Positions 50,201 through 60,595 of a stretch of 64,000 nt of DNA are shown here, one piece after another (within the stretch, counting starts at the first letter, position 1; each line of letters opens with the position of its first letter). The translations under genes and the position numbers were made by a program. This DNA is from Trichoplax adhaerens. Taxonomy: Eukaryota; Animalia; Placozoa. The notes under the pieces are model-generated. The model did not search any database. It worked only from the letters and a program-made list of their open reading frames with translations, and was not told the DNA's origin. The stretch lies in contig NW_002060945.1 of NCBI RefSeq assembly GCF_000150275.1, positions 5,319,397 to 5,383,396 on the forward strand, read 5' to 3'.

Positions 50201-52203
50201 TTTTTCCGCTTTTTTCATGGTAACAGTTACATTAAAAGAAAGAAAGAATAGAATTATCACGATTATACTACTCACCTATTTAATTTAATATGGAATTTTA
50301 TTGAGAAATTTTTAGTCTATAACTTTTATCAAGGATATTTAGAGTTGGCTGAGTTAAGGTAAATCGTACTACAGTATTTCGATTCGATATTTTTTATCAA
50401 TATAATCAAAAGATAGATTTAAAATCATGTACTGTACAACTGTTTAGCTTATGAAACATTTTATCGTCAAACACGCAGTATTTTATATTATAGCTGAATA
50501 GTTTCATTGTAGTTGATCATTGTGAAATTAGATCAGTTGCCCGGATATATTATTTGATAGTACTCCATTTTAATACATTTTATCACATCATTGAATGATG
50601 GTTATTATTTTGCGTGGTCAAGCATTTTGGTATAAATTTACTTTCTAACAAAATAATGTAAATACAATTAAAGATTATACAATTTGATAATTTTGATCGT
50701 CTTAAGGTACTTCAATTTGATATTTTGGATAGGCGTAATCCTAGGATAGAATCCTAGCTAATATACTGTACAAACAGTCCATAGAATTTGAAAATTTTCC
50801 TTCATAAATCTAATATTGCGCTAGCTACGCTAGATTCTAGTCTATAACTACATAATCAAATTATAGCTCACTATAGGCATAGGATTACTTCAGTCCTATT
50901 ATACTTGATGCTTATGAATGATAGCTGCAGCGCTTCATTTTAATCGGTATAATCAAATTATTGAATCCGAGTTATCATATTATACAACTGCTAATTAATA
51001 AGAAATTTGATCAGTAAAATTAGGTCAATTCCTGATTTCGAATTGCCTAATGTGATTAAAACGGATGGATATGAAATTAGTATATCACAGTTTTAGTAGT
51101 ATATTTTTGAATGATTTCTATCGATGCGATCCCAGCCTAATATTATTGATTTGTCGTTATAATGCATCTTCTATGAAATAATTATCCTTAAACTCGTACA
51201 TTTATTCTACTATAATGTATTGGAAAGAGTTATAAATTCATTTAGAAGAATCGATTTATAAATAGCCTTAAGAAGGATGACTAATTTCAGCTCAATGGTT
51301 TAACCGGTTTAAACGTGAAATCCAATTCGATAACTTTACTAAGAATCATTTTTATACTGGGTAAATGATTCACGACTTGGCGATTACGTTTTCTTTTTCA
51401 AATTCGACTTTACATTGCTTCCCTACTCACCACATAGTAATTTAATAACTACAGTAAGTAGGCCTACCCCTGTAGCCATAACAACAATTATCATCAGCAG
51501 CAACTATAAATTAATTCTACAGGATATCGATTCGAAATTTCTGTTGCCATTTAACAACACATAGAAAATGATCATTTGAACAAGATTAAACTCTAACTGA
51601 TATAGATGGATAAGTATTGAATGGATTGGTAGGATACTTCATGAACTGATCGTAGATAAAATTGAGAGAATAAAGTGATGACATTGAATAGTTAATCTTA
51701 TCGCTTATCGAGTGCATGGTGCTATCTAATTGGCTTAAATTTAGTAGGGAGTTATAATGTTAAGACTAGAGTTAATCGATAATGTAGGCAATACTTTATC
51801 TAAGAGAGTTAAATTGATCAATTGTCGGCTAGATTAAAAATCAGAGAGTTGATAAATCCTACTAACGATATAGCTTGAAATTTACAACTTGTTCCTATCC
51901 TTCAACGAAGTTTGGAGATAAAAATATTTTTCAAATTCAATTGGAGTTAGCTGGTAATTGTTGGTATTTTATCATAGTAAACAAATCAACTCGGTTAAGA
52001 ATACTGTTGTTTAACTATTTGTTCCTACTCAATACGGTAGGGATGACTCCTTCAACCTTTCCATAGCCATGTATAAAATGACTCATAGTGCCGCTTGTAC
52101 TATCAACCGGATTGATGACAACAATTTTTCCACTTACCGGCTTAACAGGCGCATAATTCGATGGTCGATTTAATTTCTGCTTAGGTCGATGATACATGTT
52201 CAT
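44216..52203 (-). CDS. LRRC49: Leucine-rich repeat protein 49 (PGs4/CSTPP2). Exons 52203-52138 (tentative first), 48660-48591, 48486-48277, ~47899-47800, 47695-47489, 47397-47187, 46767-46706, 46539-46392, 46177-46094, 45998-45925, 45849-45781, 45521-45302, 45132-44947, 44812-44714, 44578-44507, 44419-44216
   Basis: DRLNLDRR..EDHINLKLLNLQHN..IDLYDN..VLMLGKNRIKQIRNLDQLSKLDVLDLHCNQI..LRVLNLAGNQI..LTLEDNPMIQSSKYR..LDGKKISMEERRTSAIMARKAEE..KEKKRLAIINAQKEW, then LHLFGTGAL and IEPEGN..LWKYYALFRL. These follow recalled human LRRC49 colinearly. Confidence 0.9.
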
Positions 52204-53662
52204 GCATGTGAAAAAGTTAACGTGGTCAAGAACCGATTTTAAATTCTTTTTCTCATCTACATCTAGGCTCTCATCCCTTCATCAATCATCTTAAATTGGA
52301 CGTTATTTCTTGTAGAAAAATAACTGTATATTATATAAGATTGCTTTAGAACGTTACTGTATTTAAAATTGGGTTTAAAACAAACAATAGACGGAATAAT
52401 TATCCTTGTCATTTCTTTGTATCTTCATCGAACAAAAGTATTGACATAATTTGTTTATAAGACAACAGTATGACGTTGCTAATAGAGAATGGATCGGTGA
52501 CTTGTCTTATTACTATGACATAGTTCATTTTGTAGTATTATTACATTATTTTATTAGAATGGGGCAAAGGATGATGTTAGGGAGAATCCAGTTATAATCG
52601 ATGGACTATAACAAGCATATGACAGATTCTGGATAGAAACAATGAGCTGCTTGTAAAGTGCGCATAATATCCTGTAGAATATGCTTTGATAGGTAACATA
52701 TACATACGCAGATCAATTGAAACTGGCATCTATAATAAATCATAGACTATCAGTTTATTGTGAATAAATGCGTAGATTAAGACATGTAGGTAAAAAATAT
52801 TTCATTAAATTACTTTGCGTTTTGTAATTATATGAAAGATCAATTGAAGCTGCTATAACTAATAATCCTATGCAACCAGTGTAAGAGAACACACAGATAA
52901 CTAAGATGGCAGAACATCAGCGTCACCTAGCAGGAACACTCTGTATTTGTAGGCCTATCGATGCGATAGAACAGACTGGATTGCTCTAAATTGCTGCTTT
53001 TTTACTTCCAAAGAAGTTGTTCCTTGTAGTATGCCCATACTATGCTAATAATAAATACGCAGATGCATGTAATACATATAAAGGATTAGTCTCGCTGGGA
53101 AAGTGTAAGAAGCTTAAATTCAATGCTTTTTAATATGCTAAATTTGTTATGCCTCTGATTTACATATGAATGTTATAGTTATATACTGAGCTAAGATGCT
53201 AACAGATATCTACGATAGCATGAAATATGTACAACATGACTGATAACGCGCTCAATTTTATCCGATATCGGCCTCGGTTGTTACCAAGCTATCAAGTAAC
53301 ATATTTGATAACTTGACTGCAAAATTTACTGCATATAAATCATGATCGGATAAAAATTCAATGGTATGGTAAAAACCTAGGGAGCACGTTTAGCTTCAAT
53401 TAATGGCTACCATATAAGTTGCCCTGCCATATTGCCGATAAGAAAGTGTAAATTATGTCATCCAATTAATCATAATCATATCATCATTGCTTCCAAGAAT
53501 TCTTGCGGTATCATTTATAATATCGATGGAGTAAGCAAGCCTTAGACAATAAAACTGCCCCCATTTATTAGTTACTGTTGAATTTTATTTACAAATTGTC
53601 TGAAATGTGATCGTATGACAAAATTATAAAATTTCTCGTTATAAATAGTATCTACATGAGCC

Positions 53663-56600
53663 TTATACTAATAAAACAGCATTAATGCAACCATCATTTT
53701 CTGGATTATTCGTTACTTGCGCATATTTGCCTATATACGAGTACATGCAAGCACAATCATCATGAGTAGGAGATAGGCAAGTAAGGTTGTTAAAATAACT
53801 AAAGAATTGCAAATTCTGTAAATCTGTTTTGCTGATATATGCGTATGTTTACTCACCCCAAACTACTTTACCGCCTTGAGTTACTAAACCGAGTTCACTT
53901 ACATTGACCTAGTCAATTTGAAGGAATAATGAAGTTGTTAAGGATATTACTTACAAATCCTTAATTATATTAATATGCTACAGGCATGATCTGCTAAGTT
54001 CGGCTAATACAAAAATATAGATTCTATGCGTTGTGTTAAAGCCTATACGGCGTGGTGTTAAATCCATACAAACCTCTACGACAGTTCCTTTGGTGATAAC
54101 TCCCAATTGGGTAAACATGGGAGATTGAGGATTCTTTTTGACTCCAATAATTGGAAGGCAAAATGTAGCTTTCAACTAGTAATGGAATTATGTTTTAATA
54201 AGTTATTAGTTTTATATATAACTCTAAACTAGAAGCATTTCTCATTGCAAACTTACTTCAGGATGAGTAACATGAGCTTTCTTAAAACGCAACCCCTACA
54301 AGATTAAAAATTGTCCGTTTATGCCTGATTAATATTAAAGAAAGTTGACAAATACTTATGTGCTAACCAGAACTAGTATACTGTAGATTCTAAAGTTAAC
54401 TAAAATGAATACCATAGGTCTTATGAATCGTTCGAATTTAGCAGGTTTTCTGGTAAAGTTTTCTCCAACATAGCACGCCTTAGTAATCATTCTTTTCCAG
54501 CCTTTTTCTGATGTTGTAACGTTGAATATGTTTTGAATGGTGATAGCATTAATACATTAATACAGGCGACAATCCTTAAAATAGACAAAACTAAAGAGCA
54601 CTACGAAGGTAATATATAGAGTAAATTAGATATTTTTGATGATTAGTAGCTTACTTCTGCTTTTGCCAGTTCGAAGAACTTTAAATACCTCCTCTTCGCC
54701 AACGGCACGCACCTTTGGCAATGGCACAGTCCATTTACCCTAACGGTTGTTGAAATAGATCAATTTAGCATTATCGTTATAAGTAGCATTGAAGAACAAT
54801 GCTAATTAAATGTTTATGGAAAGTAAATCTTCTTACAGCCTTCTCTTTCCGCTTCTGCTTAACCATATTACTAAGAATTTTAGCGCGACTTTGGCCTTCT
54901 CTGAAGTGATATACAGTACATAATTAAACTGCTAGAATACTTAGATTTACAAACATAAAATATAGTACGTTTATAACGAAGCAATGAGTTTCGATGCTGA
55001 AGTAGTTCTTACCTTTCCAACAGATAGGCTGGTACAGCACCTTCAGGAACTGCATCTTCTTTCTTTGTTTTGCTTTTCTTCTTTTCATGCATCTTGAGTC
55101 TACCATAATAAATGAAGTATTATTTCTTTGTATGTATATCAACAATTGAGCTATCGATCATAACGTAATATTGTCATACATGCATTGGAACAAATTATCA
55201 AGATTTGCTAACAGAGTCTATACTACTTGATTTCTATTAATCCGCTATAAATTGAAGTCAACTTACGTCTTTTGCATCTGTACTTTCTCGGAATATCTTT
55301 GTTTATGATAAAGCTTAGCTCTAAAAGTATTGATAGGCAATAAGATTCACTTTACAAATATATAGCAAATGGAGTTTAGCAGCCGGCTGGTAAATGGACA
55401 TAATATAATAATAATTCAAATTTGATCAGATCAGTAGGTATAAGGTGACGTAGATGACTTACTTTATGCCCTTAAGTTTCTTGGCTTTTTGTGCTAAAGC
55501 ATGGGGTTTCCTAGCTTCTCTTTTCCGCCTATAAAAGAGTAATAAGATAATTGGAAAATTAAAAAATTTTTAACATACCGCGATAAGTACATTTGATTTA
55601 TGTTTGGTTATTACTGCGTAGAATTATTGCAAGCACCAATTGTGTATCAGCCAATATGAAACAGGTTGGAAAATAATATTATCCCTGGTATCATTACAGT
55701 AATTCGGATAAAGTTGAACGAAATCTAATCTACAGTACTTATTACTTTCAATGCATCTTAAATGACAACAGAATAAATTTACTGTGAGCTACAATCATTA
55801 TTTCTTATGGATATTATAAGCATACTGCTAATACTTTGATCATTATACTGTATTAAGTATTGTTGATATAAAGTGTCCTGCTGTACATTTAATACTGTGA
55901 TGAGTACAGTCGAATATGAAATCGATTCTGCTCTCATAGGTAGCACTACCCCTAGTATTATTACAGGTTGTAAAAGTGACTGGAATTTAATCCATTTATG
56001 ACTTTCTTGATCTCCTATATCTTCAATAATAACAGAATAAGGCTGCTATTTAATAGGATCGCCATTTTATAGTGTATTATAAGTATCCTGCTGTATATTA
56101 ATACTATGATGAGTACAGTTGAGTATGAAAGAGATTCTGCTCTGGTACGTAGCACTACCCCTGGCATCATTACTGGTCGTAAAAGTGAATGGAATTTAAT
56201 CCATTTATCACTTTCTTGATCTCTTATATCTTCAATAATAACAGAATAAGGCTACGATTTCATAAGATTGCCATTTTATATTATAAATATCCTGCTGTAT
56301 ATTAATACTATGATGAGTATCGTTACTGGTCGTAAAAGTGACTGGAATTTAATCCATTTATGACTTTCTTGATCTCCTATATCTTCAATAATAATAGAAT
56401 AAGGCTACGATTTAATAGGATCGCCATTTTATAGTGTATTATAAGTATCCTGCTGTATATTAATACTATGATGAGTACAGTTGAGTATGAGAGAGATTCT
56501 GCTCTGGTACGTAGCACTACCCCTGGCATCGTTACTGGTCGTAAAAGTGAATGGATTTCAATCCATTTATGACTTCCTTCGTCTCCTATATCTTCAATAA

Positions 56601-56914
56601 TAACAGAATAAGGCTACTATTCCATGCAATTGCTATTTTTATAGACTACTATAAGAGAATTTTGGTATTTTGATCGTCTTTGTCATGTTCAAGGACACTC
56701 GCTTAGCTCGAACACGCTGTACAACACTTACATTCTTTCAAAGTGATCCAAACGTTGGCCATGGCGTTTCCTGGCCAATTCGATATATTCATTTTGAGGC
56801 TAGAAGAATTATGCAGTCATGATATTCATGCAAGAATAAATTGAACCATCATCTATACAGCCATTATGATATAATGATAGAATAGTAACTGAATATGGAT
56901 ACTTTACTCACCAT
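53663..56914 (-). CDS. NSA2: Ribosome biogenesis protein NSA2. Exons 56914-56912 (ATG only), 56799-56732, 55528-55463, 55320-55267, 55099-55013, 54900-54837, 54739-54655, 54507-54413, 54295-54257, 54175-54074, 53908-53857, 53730-53663
   Basis: M|[131 protein letters not shown], near-identical to NSA2. Confidence 0.98.
55871..56655. repeat. ~210-bp tandem repeat, 4 copies (starts ~55871, 56081, 56284, 56443; copy 3 has a ~50-bp internal deletion) in NSA2 intron 2
   Basis: Near-identical blocks such as TCCTGCTGTA..TAATACT.TGATGAGTA, GTAAAAGTGA.TGGA.TT.AATCCATTTAT and TATATCTTCAATAATAA.AGAATAAGGCT. Confidence 0.95.
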
Positions 56915-57900
56915 GGTGTTCAATATTCAAGTCGGTCTAAGGTCAAGTCCAAAAGAAATAGTCTGTATACTCTAGTATCGTTTACCTTTATACAACAACT
57001 CATACAATGGATATATAATTGTCGATTTTATACAGGAATAGTAGACAATCTACAGTGATTTCAATCGATGATTTAAGGTAGATTCTACTGGAAGATGGAG
57101 AAGAATTAATGGAACAGCCAAGTCGCAATGGAGGCAGTGCTTCCAGCTTGCCACGTTATTTCGCAAGTGAGCTACAGTTGCCAACGAATTTTGACTACTA
57201 CGGTATTGCTCTTGACTAGTGTTTGGTCACCACTACTCAAGATCGTCCTCGTTCAGCTCATCTTTTAGCGTCATCGTTGATTGCATTCTTGCCGCTGCAC
57301 TCGGTAACTATGGTACTCAATCATTGCTCTACTTCCATACTGTACTGTATTAGGAGTACGCCGGTCGGTAGGTTGACTTCAAGGGTAATCCTAAGGCCGA
57401 TAGGTCAAATGTAAGCCTCGCCATACTAAGTCAAGTACTAGTCTCTATCATGGATAAAGTGCCATACAGTACGCTACAATTCTCCACAACTTCTGGTGTC
57501 TAGTCAATACACTATATTTGTACCAAGACGGTCGTTGGAGCTCCATCCTCTAAACTATAAGTATATGTATAATTATATCTATCTACATACGTAACAATAA
57601 ATAGAGTAAGATATAGACGTAGATAGTCCTGGATAAACTACGTATTGTATAATATTGTATGAAGACGATCGTTCCTGCTAGTTGAAACTAGCATTCTCCA
57701 TTTTCGAGGCGATACAGAGATAGATATTAACACCCGATGAAGACGTAAATCGAAGATAGGCGAAAGTATTGATCGCATATCTTAGAGGAATATCTTGCAA
57801 TCGACTCTGCATATTGTTGGGTAGATCGTACGGTATATCTTGGAAGGATACTGGATGACAGTTACAAGCTGCAGATTCGGTATTCTACAAATCTTCCACA

Positions 57901-59175
57901 ATGATTTTTATCGTTATGGGTGTAAGCGGATGTGGCAAGTACGTATAAATTACGAATAGAATAAGCTAATTTATAATTTAGTAACAGGTCTTGATTTGCA
58001 TTTGGCCTCATAAGCCTCCATTATGGTCCAACAAAGTTACTTTTGCTTAATGTATATTCATTGTGCTGCCTTGAGCAATCTGAGTTCTACAACTTAGCAA
58101 AGAATTCATTTTTCTTTCTATAGGACTACTATAGGTAAAGCGTTAGCAAAGAAGGTAATAGACATTATGAATCAAGTTTGCTCAATACAGTACTGTATAT
58201 ATATATATGTTCAGTAATACCCTATATTTGCAATATTGCTATAATTTACAATACTTAATGCATTTTAATCTCTTAAATGTAATTACGTAAAGTACCATAC
58301 TAGTGTTTTGAGAAGGGTACTTTTTATATTGTAGTCTATTGATGATGATTCGCTACTTTGCCATATACGTGTATGTAGATAGGATGCCTCTTTGCCGATG
58401 CTGATGATTTTCATCCACCGGCAAATGTCAATAAAATGAAATCGGGAATACCATTGACTGATCAGGTATCCTATCCTAGATGATATTACCACCTTTTTAC
58501 ACGTTAACAAATTAAACAACATGATTGCAACTCCAATTTTCTGTATCCGAATTGAATTTTTTACAAATTAAAACGCTACTAATGTTGTTTTCATATGATA
58601 CTTTAATTTTATAGTCATTTATGATATTCAATTATGCGTACATATTCATCATTTTGCATGATTTAATCACTACATTTAGGATCGTACTCCTTGGTTACAA
58701 ACGCTCAATAGACTAATCCAAGAGTAAATTATGATCTTATAAATTTTGATTTTAGGGTTTATAAAATCAATATTAACTAGGTGTTTGTATAATATAATTT
58801 CTACATTATCTTAAGCTAATGGTAAAATATAGCTACTCAGCGTACCTTTGTTTAATCTACAGATGGTCTCAGCAACAATTATCTGCCGTTCTAGCATGCT
58901 CTGCTTTAAAAAAAAGCTATCGCATGATCTTGCTAGGCAATATTGGTTGTGGAAAGATTCGCGTTATTTACTTGAAGGGTTCATTTCAGCTCATCAAGGA
59001 TAGGATGGTACAAAGAAAGGATCATTTCATGCCCATAGCCTTGCTACAATCACAATTTGATGCCCTTCAGGAACCTGGTGAAGACGAAAACTACGTTTTT
59101 GCTATTTCTATCGATAATGACCCTTCTACCATCGTACAGTTGATTTGTACGCAAAGTTTCATCAACACGCAGTAA
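57901..59175 (+). CDS. IDNK: Gluconokinase. Exons 57901-57938, 58124-58154, 58379-58465, 58680-58723, 58863-59175
   Basis: MIFIVMGVSGCGKTTIG (P-loop), [61 protein letters not shown] are GntK/IdnK hallmarks. Confidence 0.96.
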
Positions 59176-60595
59176 TTTAATGTACTATAGATAGCTGAAA
59201 ATTACAAAGCTTTCCATGATAATAATATTTTTAGACATTCAATGATGGCTAATTGGAATTTCATCAATTTTTAAAAAAGTTGAACTTAGCAATCACACAC
59301 CAACCGTATTAAGTGATCATAGGGTTGAGAATGACGCACGTTAATCGATATCTAATTTATTATTATCACCGTACTTGACCATACAAAATGTGTATATCAT
59401 ATATACTTTCATTGTTGTAATAATAATATAAATTAGTACACGTGCACTTGCAAATATACGCGAATATCAAGTTACGCCTGATATTTTACCAAGTTATGCT
59501 ATAACAATTGTTTATATGCAAATTCTATCACCAAAAGCAGGGAAAGAGTTTATTTTAATTATTATAATTATCAGTTATGTATACTATGTCATTTTATGCA
59601 CGAAGAAAATGATCCTAATATGAAATTATACATTAAAATGAATAAAAATTTCTTAAAAATAAATACACGTAAAGCCTAAATTATAATTAAATAGATATCT
59701 TTATAATTAGTTCCTATATTGAATTCTACAGCAGTTTAATACTTCAATTTGTTATGTTTCTATCAAAAGATTCTTAGAATAGATTGATATACGCGCAAAT
59801 GTAATGATAATTATTATACATATATATATATTATACGAATATATGTACAAATATAACTAGACTTACATTACATACATTAATGAGCCTCATACAATACAGC
59901 GACATAAATTTACGTGAAAACAAATAATATAATTTCTAGTAGTATACGCAAACATTCAATTTCTCTTAGACGCAATTATAATCATGATCATCAGTGATTA
60001 CTACAGAAAGGATGAAAATGTAATCGTAATATAATAATTTCTTTACCATATACATGCTTGAAAATGTGATTATAATTATAACTTATACAGGGCAATGTAG
60101 CATATTGAATAATATGACTATTAAAGGCCTTGTATACATAGCATTAAACGATTACAATTAATAATATTGTGATGACAATCTAACGCTTAACATAAATTAA
60201 TTACAATATTATGAATCCAATACATGAAACATGAACTAATGAACTATATTATTCCAATATTTTCAGTTTATATCAAACCGTAACGTAAGACTGTCGTATG
60301 CAGAGCTGCTATAGTAATTTATCATGCATTAGATTATTGTTTATAAACCCATAGAAATATTATTGATATACATAACATTTTGTGATATTGACGGTACATC
60401 TTATATCTGCAGCAGTTAAAATTTAAAATTTTAATATTCTTATTACTATTAAAATTGTTCATGCTTAAAAATACAGAGTAATCAATGATTTACACAGATT
60501 CATTATTAGCTATCGTTGCTTATCACTTGAGTGAGATTATCGTCTTTGTAGTCACGATAAATTCTTCTAAAAATGAGAAATAATTTCATACGATC

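Noticed and set aside
50275-51500. Alternative LRRC49 coding exons at donors ~51430 and ~50275
   Set aside because: The phases are incompatible with the 48660 exon or the blocks contain stops; at most non-coding alternatives.
55895-56480. C-box RTGATGA in each NSA2 repeat copy (C/D snoRNA)
   Set aside because: It is antisense to the host gene, and no properly placed CTGA D box or terminal stem was found.
2147-58522. Most 60-95 aa ORFs in the ORF track (e.g. 2147, 2374, 3771, 9972, 14236, 18848, 19437, 27554, 27648, 32244, 32521, 33554, 35951, 38259, 39194, 47471, 51875, 57223, 58283)
   Set aside because: They are antisense or off-frame shadows of real exons, or I/L/F/Y-rich translations of AT-rich non-coding DNA, many with non-ATG starts. 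No domain support.
58466-58679. IDNK intron donor GTATCCTAT resembling a U12 5' splice site
   Set aside because: It deviates from GTATCCTTT and there is no CCTTAAC-type branch point near the acceptor.
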